Virus record (IMG/VR): IMGVR_UViG_3300028553_000005
Location: 62,001 to 126,000 of that record
Source: an uncultured virus (IMG/VR IMGVR_UViG_3300028553_000005)
Lineage: Duplodnaviria; Heunggongvirae; Uroviricota; Caudoviricetes
Length of the DNA stretch: 64,000 nucleotides
Direction: 5' to 3' (one strand)
Positions 39,901-49,601 of this stretch are shown here, in pieces. The translations under genes and the position numbers were made by a program. Every line of letters starts with the position of its first letter. Position 1 is the first letter of the stretch. The notes under the pieces are model-generated. The model searched no databases. It saw only the letters and a program-made list of their open reading frames with translations, and was not told the origin of the DNA.

Positions 39901-42900
39901 GATGATGTGCCAGACCAGTGTATGTCCCAATCTTCCCATGTCTGAGATTTTAATCCTACAATATCAACAAAATTTTCCCAGGCAGAAGTTTGTTGTGTTT
40001 TATATGTAACAATTGGTTGAGTTTTTGTATCATACCAAACATCACTTGAGGGGGTTAATTGAGCGTAACCAATAAAACGACTGAGCTCAAATGGATTAAT
40101 ATTAATAATTTGTGTTGCAACATTTTGAAATACCATAGGTACTTCATTATAAGAAAATGTTACAATATTATTTTTAAGGAACAAATAATTGTTTTGTTTT
40201 CCTGGTGTTAATTTAAAAGCACCTTGAGTGGAAACAGTAAAATAATCAGCCACATTTGATGTAAATGTAGGTCTTAAACATTTTTCGAATGTATCAATGG
40301 CACAAGCATAATCTGGATTTGCAGTATCACCAACAGTATGGCTAGTAAAACTATCAACTAAAAATCCATTTTTAAATAATATGTTTTCATTATTTTCATC
40401 CGTAATATCTGATCCCGTTACTTCTTTTTCCAATAATGATAATGAAGTGTAATATTCTAAATTACCAATTCTTTTATCCAAAACACCAATATCACGCATT
40501 GTATACCTTCTTAGATCGGAAGGTGTGATAATGACTGTATTGCTACTAAACGTATATGGAGGATATTCTAAAGTAAACAATGTCATTGTTCCTGGAATAT
40601 CAGCTGGCACAACTGGATTAATGTAAGAGCTTACACCACGAATAGTTTTAAACACTCCTGTTGGATATAATACAATTTTATCTTTACGACCCAAATAATA
40701 ATTATAATCGGTGTAAATATTCTCGTATGGTGCAGGTATTTGATATGTACTAAATGTTGAAACACCAACACCATCATCTCTGCGAGGTCTAAAATCAATT
40801 ATATCTCGTAAATTATAATTTGATCCATACTGTGGAGATGTAAATGATGGAGTATCAGAATAATCAACAGGATAAGAATCTACTGTGAAGAAACCTGTAC
40901 CACCAGAGTGTGTGAAATGATCAAATACAACAACAACGTTACCTTGAGCAGATCCAGTTAAATTTGTAATTGTACCGTGGTCGTAGAAAGCATCTTTTTG
41001 TCCATCGTTTAAGTAGTATTCATCGATGCTATTTGTGATTTGTGTCCAATATGCTGTTTGTGTTTCTGGATTTCGATTAATATTACTGGTAGTTAACGAT
41101 ACATAAACGTTACTATCATATACAACTGCACTATCGGAGTTGTAAGTGGTATATTCAGACCAGTTACCGAGATAAGTTGCTGTGTTACCTAATTCATATA
41201 CACCTTTGAAATTATAAATGTCTGCCACACCTAAACTAACTGGTGTACCAATTGTATTTGCCGAAGCTAAAACTGCGGTATCGTACTGAATAACTTTATT
41301 CTTAATGGAATCACCCACCACGCTGATGGTAGCATAGATTGTAGCAGAACCATTAAATCCTCCACCAATGTTGATGGTCGCCTGTCCTGCTGAAACCCCA
41401 GAGTTGGAGATACTAATACTAACATTCGCCTGATCCATTGGTATAAATGTACCAGTCGCATAACTACCACTAGCAGAAGTGGTAACTACAGCAAAATTTA
41501 ATTGACGTTGAGCTGCAGGAATTGAACCAGAACCACCAACAAAATCTTCATTGCTACCATTTGTGTTAATGGTATACGAACCATTTACAAACGTTGGAGC
41601 ACTAAAGAATCTACGAGTTTCATAATTAATATTATTTACGTTTGCAATATTATTTTGCGGTAAAGCAAATATTAATGAATTGTAATTACTATCAACTAAT
41701 GTATATGGTGAAATTGTGTTTGCTGAGAATGTGACGGATGTATAACTATTCGCTGCACCAGGAATAATCATTGAACGAACATTGGAAAATGGATTGCTGT
41801 TCAAACCAACATTAAACAAAAATGCTTTGTATTGTGAATTTTGTCCGGTATCACTAGAATAATCAAAGTTACGAATTCGAGCGGTACCAATTTTTGTTGC
41901 TGAAGTTGCTGCACCAAATGCGGCATTGTGTAGTTCAACTTGAACACCTTGTTGAAAGTTTATAATTGAACCATTTAAATTTTTAATCAAAGTATAATTT
42001 CCATAATAAGTGGAAATATTTTGATCGGTCAAACTTTCTGTATCTCTTGCCTTTTCTAATTCATATTGTGTTGGAGCAATTTTTTCAACACGAAATCCAT
42101 TAATGTATGCTTTACCCGTTGAAATAGCTGCAGGCATCACATTGGCTTCATTAAAATAATCTTGTATTGATAGTGAAAATGGATTTACAAAGAAATCACC
42201 AGATTGATCGTAAATACCACGAGCAATCGATTTTTGTACTTCTGAAAATATTGGAGTGTCATTGATTGATTCAATAACTCCAGCATTAATTCGAACTAAC
42301 TCAATAAACTTATTTGTTGTTAAATTAGTAACCTCTTGTGTGCTAGTGTATGGTTTGTAAACCAAAGTTAATGATATTTTATATCGATCAGCACCAGGAG
42401 CTTGATAATTGGAAGCACCAATCGCAGGATCTAATAGAGAAGAATCTGTAAACGTATCTACAATTTCATCTTCAACTTCAAAACCAACAACAACAGATGG
42501 AAAAGCATTTAATTGGTCAGGAATAATACTTGATGCCACATGGCGAACAAAATATCCACTAGTAAACCAAACACCATCATCAACAGAAACTTCCAATGCA
42601 CGAACTGATGCTTTTTTGTATACTGTAACGGTAGCGTCAGTTAAATCTTGTGTTAATGGTGTATTGATGGTAATCGAATTGACACCGGTAATGGCTGTAA
42701 CATAAGCGTTCAAATTAATTGATGTCATAACAATGTTGTCACCAACACTAATGCTAGCAGAAGAAACACTTAATGATTTAGATAAAAAAGTACCAGTTAC
42801 AAAACGTGAAAAATTTGTTTCTGTAATTGCTGTGGCTGTATATGTTGGAGCAATGTCATAACCCATAACAGAGTTTAGAGCATCATTCTTTGAATCAAAA

Positions 42901-43307
42901 AATTTAATTGTTTCACCAGATGAAAATGCTTTATTGTTATTTGTGTTGATCGATTTAGTTCTGATATAAAGATTTATATCATCAACTGAAATAACTCTAG
43001 TTACAAATTTTGACGTAACACCAACAGCATAATAACCAACATAATTTAAAATATCTTCTGAAGTTGTGCCTGTTGTTAACTTACAGGTAATAATGTTTGT
43101 ATCAACAAAAATGTTTCCGCCAGTAACTTTTGATCCATCAACATAGATGCCAGCACCAAACTTAGAAATTTGGTCTTGTAGTATTGTTTGAGCTTGAGTT
43201 AATTCTCTGGCTTGAACCGCAAATCCAGGTTTAAAAAGAATCCGATGGAAATTTTTAGTGTCATCGAAATCATCATAGTAAGGGTCAACGTTGAAATTTA
43301 AAGCCAT
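36957..43307 (-). CDS. Large virion structural protein (DUF4815 / VrlC-like)
   Basis: NFNVDPYYDDFD..KNFHRILFKPG.AVQARELTQ.Q, APGADRYKI, RRYTMRDIG.L..RI.NLEYYTSLSLLE, DPLSQNF. Confidence 0.8.
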   Translation of the reverse strand: MALNFNVDPYYDDFDDTKNFHRILFKPGFAVQARELTQAQTILQDQISKFGAGIYVDGSKVTGGNIFVDTNIITCKLTTGTTSEDILNYVGYYAVGVTSKFVTRVISVDDINLYIRTKSINTNNNKAFSSGETIKFFDSKNDALNSVMGYDIAPTYTATAITETNFSRFVTGTFLSKSLSVSSASISVGDNIVMTSINLNAYVTAITGVNSITINTPLTQDLTDATVTVYKKASVRALEVSVDDGVWFTSGYFVRHVASSIIPDQLNAFPSVVVGFEVEDEIVDTFTDSSLLDPAIGASNYQAPGADRYKISLTLVYKPYTSTQEVTNLTTNKFIELVRINAGVIESINDTPIFSEVQKSIARGIYDQSGDFFVNPFSLSIQDYFNEANVMPAAISTGKAYINGFRVEKIAPTQYELEKARDTESLTDQNISTYYGNYTLIKNLNGSIINFQQGVQVELHNAAFGAATSATKIGTARIRNFDYSSDTGQNSQYKAFLFNVGLNSNPFSNVRSMIIPGAANSYTSVTFSANTISPYTLVDSNYNSLIFALPQNNIANVNNINYETRRFFSAPTFVNGSYTINTNGSNEDFVGGSGSIPAAQRQLNFAVVTTSASGSYATGTFIPMDQANVSISISNSGVSAGQATINIGGGFNGSATIYATISVVGDSIKNKVIQYDTAVLASANTIGTPVSLGVADIYNFKGVYELGNTATYLGNWSEYTTYNSDSAVVYDSNVYVSLTTSNINRNPETQTAYWTQITNSIDEYYLNDGQKDAFYDHGTITNLTGSAQGNVVVVFDHFTHSGGTGFFTVDSYPVDYSDTPSFTSPQYGSNYNLRDIIDFRPRRDDGVGVSTFSTYQIPAPYENIYTDYNYYLGRKDKIVLYPTGVFKTIRGVSSYINPVVPADIPGTMTLFTLEYPPYTFSSNTVIITPSDLRRYTMRDIGVLDKRIGNLEYYTSLSLLEKEVTGSDITDENNENILFKNGFLVDSFTSHTVGDTANPDYACAIDTFEKCLRPTFTSNVADYFTVSTQGAFKLTPGKQNNYLFLKNNIVTFSYNEVPMVFQNVATQIININPFELSRFIGYAQLTPSSDVWYDTKTQPIVTYKTQQTSAWENFVDIVGLKSQTWEDWDIHWSGTSSATLSRLAERESVITTARDAQSGRPSYTTPSTVKFRQTMSWMSVPGVRSSIRTTKVVSNAVVPYARSKPFEFTVYGMAPNTLLHVFMNGVCIDAYVTPTYTSTSSVPFIDIVNGGSGLTNGNDLSIVSITGANTIPAIARANVSGGAITNVRMLQNGRGYDLTTANVSLTTSSYAVAPVLRIRQSSFTGAELVTNIHGEASGTILIPNDRLVHFPTGALSVEFTDNFLNPSRSQTYAKAIFTAKGLLDTNEDVVSTRPPVTTPQIPPPPPPPIKPVPPPTPPAPPAVVLPPPPPAPTPGPGTYGIAIRPSTQIYGGSASIYAYLNSAAGSNTTFTVPIVSTIPGVSDFTASITVRTGSTTGQTVLNLTGASGGTGGTLSGTSTTQNGYTFTGTQSSFTMYNQATTSSTVTAAAAFVADAYNNTSLSFVEGKALITSQIQNLMLTSGVTAANSDLLIGITDSFGTGTSSANDGLYGALYAATGSIPTGTQMAAVYLHAYQLALAGDATWETNTVAKIRDIVAQYGPEELVTLAGQFATDPSNSSQYSTAKGSVGNCALDGIDPLSQNFFVNPIQFPRGVFISSVDIHFATKDPVSPVSVRIRPTVNGYPDAETDIPDSVVYLNPNDIVVPDQTLIEQALGLPTTFTFSNPIYLKPGQYSLMLATDSKLYNVYASKVGETQFGTDRIVSQVTYSGSLFRSQNASTWVAAPNEQLAFKLNICDFAGGRGTFDTTSIASNPAIEYDLLNLMTQDLTFSNYGSVGYKMLTVDKGTSVQSGEVNVFANENNVFNTRQIHSANGNIIIRSTIENVDKWTSPVVDLERLNAILVKNNITNYVNESSNTALELLPGFGNNGSIAKYITKRVTLNNNFDSSGLTVFLDVNRRPGTKIEVYYKVLNSNDQNSFDSQPYVLMNPKFTVGGSLESTGVSDYTTDTYQALNITYSDVSTGSVYTNFKVFAIKIVMYSDNPAIVPRIKNFRAIATA

Positions 43308-43316
43308 TTTTTTCCT

Positions 43317-44684
43317 TTAGTAGCCTAATACAATCTTAAATTGTTCTATACCATCTTCACTTCTTGTTATTCCTGTTCTGTTCTCAATAAAAGTCATATA
43401 TCCAGACTGTGGTACAAAGTTTGGTGTACTATATGTTAACAGAGTTCTAACGGTGCCTGATACTGATCCATGAACTGAATCATTATATGCTAATGTTCCT
43501 TCTGTATTTATTAGCTTTAATGTATTGGTTCCAGAGTCAAAACTCAAAACTGTTCCAATAAAATATGCGTCAGCCAGTGAAGTTCCTTGATAAACAATTT
43601 CATCATTAGTATATGCACCTTGGCCAGAGGCAACAACCAAGTCAGTAGTTGTTTTGTATATTTGACCATTTGCTGGATTTGGTGACAATTCTCGTGTCGT
43701 GGGGTTCACAATAATGCCCAATTGATGATAGTCAATATCAATGGGTATGTTGCCATTCTCACTAGCATTGAATTCCACAGCAACCATTACTTTAGTACAA
43801 CCAAGTTCAGAAATAGGATCATAAGCATGGCCAGAAATTGGTGAAACTGGACAAATAGCTGTTGCATTTGAACCGATAGCCGAAACGATAGCCACATTGG
43901 CGTAAGTGTAGTTTGTACCCGGATTGGTAACAATAACATCAGCAATTTCATCACCATCAATCTCAGCAGTTGCAACCGCACCAGTTCCGTCACCAGTTAT
44001 TACAACAGTAATGGCTGCATTTGACGGATCGTATCCCGAACCACGATTAGTAATATTGATGACTGGAATATCACCTGTTCCTGAATCACTATTTAAAGGA
44101 TTTGGAATGGTTGTACCAACAGGTACAGGAATCCAGTTACTATCTAAGAATTTAACTCGCAGACCATCATCAATGGTATACATGTACTTCCATTTGTAAT
44201 CATCCGAACCTCTAAAAATATTATCCGTACCATATGTTCCCGGTTCAAAGTAAGGTTCTACTGTTGATGGAGAATCGTTATTGTTCCATAAACATTTAAA
44301 AATCTGGTCATATCTATTTTTAACATAGAACTTATAATTAGCAAATCCATTTTCATCAACATCGAAAATATCAACGTCATCTTGATAGTAATCGTAGGTA
44401 ATTCCTGAAGTCCAATCAACTCGTGGTATAACAGGACTAATATCGTTTGATGTTATCTTTTTGGCCACAAACATATTTTTAAATGTTCGTTTAATATATT
44501 TTACATCTTGTTGTGGTATTGGTGGATTATCTTCATCGTCCCAAGGATCAACTTTAGAAAGAAAACAATACATTGAGGTTAATACTGAAGATATATTAGG
44601 AGGAACAACAGCCACCGGTGAAAAGTAAAACTGCTCAACCGTAGTCTGTTTTGAAAAAGTTGTTAATAGTGTTTTATTGGCCAT
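43317..44684 (-). CDS. gp8: T4 gp8-like baseplate wedge subunit
   Basis: VIPRVDWTSG..YD.Y, IFKCLWN, DYKWKYMYTI, IENRTGITRSEDGIEQFKIVL. Confidence 0.88.
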   Translation of the reverse strand: MANKTLLTTFSKQTTVEQFYFSPVAVVPPNISSVLTSMYCFLSKVDPWDDEDNPPIPQQDVKYIKRTFKNMFVAKKITSNDISPVIPRVDWTSGITYDYYQDDVDIFDVDENGFANYKFYVKNRYDQIFKCLWNNNDSPSTVEPYFEPGTYGTDNIFRGSDDYKWKYMYTIDDGLRVKFLDSNWIPVPVGTTIPNPLNSDSGTGDIPVINITNRGSGYDPSNAAITVVITGDGTGAVATAEIDGDEIADVIVTNPGTNYTYANVAIVSAIGSNATAICPVSPISGHAYDPISELGCTKVMVAVEFNASENGNIPIDIDYHQLGIIVNPTTRELSPNPANGQIYKTTTDLVVASGQGAYTNDEIVYQGTSLADAYFIGTVLSFDSGTNTLKLINTEGTLAYNDSVHGSVSGTVRTLLTYSTPNFVPQSGYMTFIENRTGITRSEDGIEQFKIVLGY

Positions 44685-44688
44685 GATT

Positions 44689-44696
44689 TATTTATT
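44689..44696 (-). promoter_or_regulatory. Late promoter variant AATAAATA 4 nt before gp8 ATG
   Basis: AATAAATA-aatc-ATG; no room for a ribosome-binding site. Confidence 0.5.
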
Positions 44697-46767
44697 AAGC
44701 GTGTTGGACTGTTACAAATGTATTTGCTAAATCACCATCAATACTGAAATATCTTAGGTATGCAGAACTTGTTGATGGCATTGTAAATGTTGTTGCATTT
44801 TCTGATGAATTAATTGATGAACAACCGTGTGTAATAGTTCTAGTTAATCCACTCGTATTGGTTAACCAAACTTCAACCACTTTACCAAACACAAAATTTG
44901 AAAGTGTAAATGTCAAGTCAGCTGCTAAGTTGGCTTTAATAATCACATCACTCGAAAAATCAATTGTAATGGCCGTTTGATTACCAACAGGTAATCTTGG
45001 TGTAAAGATAAATCCTTTTTCTGGTTCCACGACACCAGTAAAATAAACAGAATCGGCATTAAATGAAGCAATCTCATTAACAACATTTGAACCTGTTGGT
45101 GTATTCCAAAATCTTATTCTGGAACCACGATTTGTGTCTGAATGATTTTCGGTGGCCACAAAATCGATTCTTGCATCACCAAAGGGTGCATATCCTGTAT
45201 CGCCATAAGAGTTACCAGCAATACGCAACAGAATATCATTGTTCTGTGTTGGTGCTGGTGTGTCTACTGTACCTCTGGCATTTCTACCAGCAATGATAGG
45301 GTATGCTGTATTTGAAGTGCCAAAAGAATCAATCAACACTCTAGCTGGTACATTTGCTTTATTGGTCAATTGCATTAGTGTGCCGGCTTGTGTTGGAGTT
45401 TGTGAACTTCCTGCGGCCGTGATTCTAAAGGCAGCTTCTGATGCTGAGAAATTTGAATTAGCTAAAACCAGTGTGCCGTTGGCAGTTAAATCACCAGATA
45501 TGTTGAAATCACCAGCAGTAAACACACCAACAGTATTTGCAATTGCATTATTAGCAATATAATATGCACTATTAGCTAAAGCATAAGCCACATTGCCTTC
45601 ATCAAAAGCCACATTAGCATGTTCGTAAGCATTGTTTGCGTGAATAAATGCTACATTTGCTTTCTCGTGCGCAGCATTTGCATGACCATAACTTGCTGTT
45701 GAATAAGAGAACGGAGCGGCCGCAGTAATTTGTGTGGTATTATCTGGGAATTTTATACTGCCATTCGTGTTGAATGTCCAAAGATTACTTGCAACATTGA
45801 TATTAACTTTTCCGTAACCAGAATTACCGGTACCTGGAACTATATTAACGTCACCGCCATAACCACTAACTGCACCACCTGAACCTGTTGTAATATTGAT
45901 AGAACCACTATTACCTGTACTGACTTCATCACCAGTTAAAAGTGAAAGGTTTTTAAAGTTGCCTGTACCTGTTTCAGTTCTAATTAATCCGTTTGCAGAA
46001 AAACTCAATCGATGAACAGCAGTAAGAATATTGGCTGTAATTGTTTGTGGGCTTGTTAAACTAAATCCAAACGTAGCATTGGCCACATTCGCCAAAGCAT
46101 TATTGGCTTTTAAGAATGCTGCATCAAGGCGAGTTGTGAGTGATGTTTCTTGTATTGAGTTATCACCAAAAATAATATTATCAACATAAACGTTACCAGT
46201 AACAACAAGGTCATCATTAATATCTACTTGATTAAAGAAATTAAACTTGTTGGCATTAAAACGACCAACAATATTATTTGATTGTGTACCACCAGCAATT
46301 AAAACAACGTTTGCATTAGATGAAGCGGTACCAATAACTAAATTACCACGATAGTCGTTGTGTGATGGACCATGTGAGTAAACATAACCATCATAAGGTA
46401 ACATAGAAGAATAAACTGGATCATTGAAACCTGGTCCATTAATACCCATATCAATATAGTTATTTGAACCACTACTATTGTTGGCTGATGCTACAAAATC
46501 ACTGGAACCCACACCATCAAAGTTTTGTAGGTTAATTTGAATAAATTTACTACTAGTGTTGGTAAACTGTGCAACAACATTTTCTAATATAATTGGATTA
46601 GTACCAACGTTTAGTACATCTCTGGAATATAAACCACTTGCCAAAGTCCGAACTGAAATTTTACCAGTTAATCCTGAAACCAAATCTACACCAGCTATCA
46701 GAGTTTTCTCTGTGTTAGCATTCAACTGTGTTATAAAAGGTAGTTGTGATATTTTTACTGTTGACAT
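44695..46767 (-). CDS. Baseplate-associated fibre protein
   Basis: MSTVKISQLP N-terminus; HAN coiled-coil modules. Confidence 0.6.
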   Translation of the reverse strand: MSTVKISQLPFITQLNANTEKTLIAGVDLVSGLTGKISVRTLASGLYSRDVLNVGTNPIILENVVAQFTNTSSKFIQINLQNFDGVGSSDFVASANNSSGSNNYIDMGINGPGFNDPVYSSMLPYDGYVYSHGPSHNDYRGNLVIGTASSNANVVLIAGGTQSNNIVGRFNANKFNFFNQVDINDDLVVTGNVYVDNIIFGDNSIQETSLTTRLDAAFLKANNALANVANATFGFSLTSPQTITANILTAVHRLSFSANGLIRTETGTGNFKNLSLLTGDEVSTGNSGSINITTGSGGAVSGYGGDVNIVPGTGNSGYGKVNINVASNLWTFNTNGSIKFPDNTTQITAAAPFSYSTASYGHANAAHEKANVAFIHANNAYEHANVAFDEGNVAYALANSAYYIANNAIANTVGVFTAGDFNISGDLTANGTLVLANSNFSASEAAFRITAAGSSQTPTQAGTLMQLTNKANVPARVLIDSFGTSNTAYPIIAGRNARGTVDTPAPTQNNDILLRIAGNSYGDTGYAPFGDARIDFVATENHSDTNRGSRIRFWNTPTGSNVVNEIASFNADSVYFTGVVEPEKGFIFTPRLPVGNQTAITIDFSSDVIIKANLAADLTFTLSNFVFGKVVEVWLTNTSGLTRTITHGCSSINSSENATTFTMPSTSSAYLRYFSIDGDLANTFVTVQHA

Positions 46768-46772
46768 TTATA

Positions 46773-49601
46773 TTACCCTAATATGATTAATCGATCATCT
46801 TCCGTTATTAAAGATTGTCCATCTTCTGTTGTGAGTTCTGGATAGAACTGAATTCCAACAGGTCCAAATATTCGAATTGCTCTGGTTGATAAAGTTCTTT
46901 TGACAGACAATAAGACATTACTTGCATTTCCAGTCAAAGTACCAGACAATGTGATTACACCGGTTCCATAATTAACATTGGAAACTTGAATCGTATCATT
47001 GTTGGCATTGTTAATTCTTATGGTATCACCTGAGAATACGATATCTTCTAGTTTGTTTCTAGTATTACTATAATTTCCATTATTAACTATATCGTAAGAA
47101 CCAGTCAAGGTTCGTATATTTATCGTGTTTGAATTGACATTTCCAGAAACATAGGCGACATTTGCATAAGTTAATAAAACATTATCTTTAAGGTAAACGG
47201 TATTTGATGTATAATCTACATGAATTACCTCGGAACGTACATTTGGACCATTTGATGGTGTCAATTCGACCACAGAATTTGACTTAACCGATAAATTATC
47301 ACCGGTCGAGAATATGAATTCTGCAATGTTTGCACCAACCAAATCTGAGAACGTTATGATATTATTGCTTCGGTTATTAAAATCAGTAACTATAGTGGCT
47401 AAAGATGGTTCTCCAGTATAATTAGCAATTGGTCTACCTGTAAAGAGTAATGTTTCTTCTGTAACGGTAAAATTAGAATTTGCTCTTAGAGCATACCTAC
47501 CCAAAACTTTCATTCCGGCTGGATGTAGAAGTCCTAATAGTGTTTCTCTGTATTTTGCTATCTCTTTTTCTACAGTAATTTGGTAGGTGTAATTGTTGAA
47601 GTTTTCACTTTGTAATACGTCAAAAGAACTTAACTGACCTTTTTTATCAAGATATTGTCCTTGACTAAAAACGAGACCATTTAAAAATCTTGTGTTTGCT
47701 CTTGCACGACCATTACCATATGTTTTAATACCACTTGAATTATAACCCGAATTATAAGCTACGTTAGCCATTCTCAAATTAATATTTTGATCTTCTGTGC
47801 CAACTTTAATATTTTGTTTTGTGTTTGCTGAACCAGAATAATTGAAGACTCTCAAATTATACAAAGTATTAGCAGGATTTGCATCTGGTGCTAAAAGTGA
47901 AATAGATTCAACTAATGCAGAATAAAAAGCAGTTGCAACGTTGCTTCCTTGATAAGCTACATCACCTTTTTGTGGAATATTTAAAATACTTACATTTGAT
48001 ACAGCAATGTCTTGGACTTTTAACGAAATGATTGGTGTTGAAACATAATCTTCACCATTACTGTTTAGTTTAATTTTAGACACAGCACCAATACTGGTTG
48101 TGTTAGCCTCAAATACTGCACCATCACCTAAAATACCAGAAACAGTTATCAAAGCATTGGCTGCATTTGCATTTGCTGATACAACACTTAAAGTTGGTAA
48201 TGCAGTTAATCTATACCCAAGACCACCTTTTGGATAAAGTTGTTCACCATAAACATAAGCAACATTAGTGATGGCACCATTAGCAGCAACAGTAATCACA
48301 TTGGCATATGCACCATAACCAGAACCACCCGAAAATACGATTCTGTCATTTGCTTGATAACCTCTACCAGCATTTTGAATTGTCATTGAAGCAAGAATAC
48401 CTAAAAATTTTAAATCACTATAATTATTTGATGTAACAGGATCACTATTGTTTGTAAGATACAATGCTTTTGTCGTGATGTCTGGTGGTGAAGAAAAACC
48501 TCCGCCACCATTAGTAACTAAAACAGAAGAAATGGGGCTAACTGTAACTGTTTGAAAATCTAAAGAGTTGTATATTGTTGACTGTATATTTGTGGTATAA
48601 CTTTTGAATCCATAATTTGGTACACCAATTTGAATTCCTGATTTGGTTGCAATAGCATTGTTTGCAATTAAAACTTGTGAAGCTTTAGTTGGATCTAAAG
48701 AAGCCACCGCAGCAGATGCACCACCAGTAGGTGTAATAGTAATAGGAGATTCTAAAGTGTAACCAAAACCACCATCAATAACATTGATTGATTGTATTGA
48801 TCCTGTTGTTACAGTTTCTACTTCTGCATTGGCACCAACTGGAAATAAAACATCTTCATTCAGACCACCATAAACAACTACTGGATCACCTGGTTCATAA
48901 AATAAACCACGAGCATTTGGATTAATTATTATACTACTAATTTGACCAACAATCTTAGCTCTTAATGGTTGACCACCAAATAAAACATCTTGATTGTTTG
49001 CATCAACTACACGAACAAATTCTCCAGATTCAAATAATCTTTGAATGTTGGAAAGAAACACTTCAGTTTTGTTTCCTGCCACGACAGAATTTTCTATTGT
49101 GGCAATTGCTCTAGAAATTTCACCTAATAATCTATATTGTTTAATATTCAATAAATTATCATTAAGTGATGCAAGTTTAAGACTTTTTGCAACGTACCAA
49201 CTACCAGCAGAAGCTCTTAATACAGATTCTTTTGTGTAATATACATCAAAATCAGAATTGTATAAAATCTTAAACAAGAATTTATAAGAAGCTGGAGTGC
49301 CTTTTGCTTGATAAAACTGTTTAGCATATTTTACTGCTCGAGCTTTATCAATTAATAAATCTTTTGGAAAGAAAGGTAAAAAATCATTGACAAAGTAATC
49401 AATGAATTCTGATGTTGTATTATCAATATCTGTGTAGTTTAATATATTTTTTGAACGATTTGTAACACCACCTTCTTGTTCCATCCATTCATAATATGCT
49501 TGTAGGAACAATACAAAATTAGCATATGCGGGATCGTCCCGAATATATGCAGGAAGTTGATACGGTATTAATAAAGAAGTTTTTGTGTTATCTGGAATCA
49601 T
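46773..49601 (-). CDS. gp7-like baseplate wedge initiator
   Basis: FVLFLQAYYEWME, FYQAKGTPASYKFLFKILY, LLHPAGMKVLG; lies between gp6 and gp8. Confidence 0.75.
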   Translation of the reverse strand: MIPDNTKTSLLIPYQLPAYIRDDPAYANFVLFLQAYYEWMEQEGGVTNRSKNILNYTDIDNTTSEFIDYFVNDFLPFFPKDLLIDKARAVKYAKQFYQAKGTPASYKFLFKILYNSDFDVYYTKESVLRASAGSWYVAKSLKLASLNDNLLNIKQYRLLGEISRAIATIENSVVAGNKTEVFLSNIQRLFESGEFVRVVDANNQDVLFGGQPLRAKIVGQISSIIINPNARGLFYEPGDPVVVYGGLNEDVLFPVGANAEVETVTTGSIQSINVIDGGFGYTLESPITITPTGGASAAVASLDPTKASQVLIANNAIATKSGIQIGVPNYGFKSYTTNIQSTIYNSLDFQTVTVSPISSVLVTNGGGGFSSPPDITTKALYLTNNSDPVTSNNYSDLKFLGILASMTIQNAGRGYQANDRIVFSGGSGYGAYANVITVAANGAITNVAYVYGEQLYPKGGLGYRLTALPTLSVVSANANAANALITVSGILGDGAVFEANTTSIGAVSKIKLNSNGEDYVSTPIISLKVQDIAVSNVSILNIPQKGDVAYQGSNVATAFYSALVESISLLAPDANPANTLYNLRVFNYSGSANTKQNIKVGTEDQNINLRMANVAYNSGYNSSGIKTYGNGRARANTRFLNGLVFSQGQYLDKKGQLSSFDVLQSENFNNYTYQITVEKEIAKYRETLLGLLHPAGMKVLGRYALRANSNFTVTEETLLFTGRPIANYTGEPSLATIVTDFNNRSNNIITFSDLVGANIAEFIFSTGDNLSVKSNSVVELTPSNGPNVRSEVIHVDYTSNTVYLKDNVLLTYANVAYVSGNVNSNTINIRTLTGSYDIVNNGNYSNTRNKLEDIVFSGDTIRINNANNDTIQVSNVNYGTGVITLSGTLTGNASNVLLSVKRTLSTRAIRIFGPVGIQFYPELTTEDGQSLITEDDRLIILG

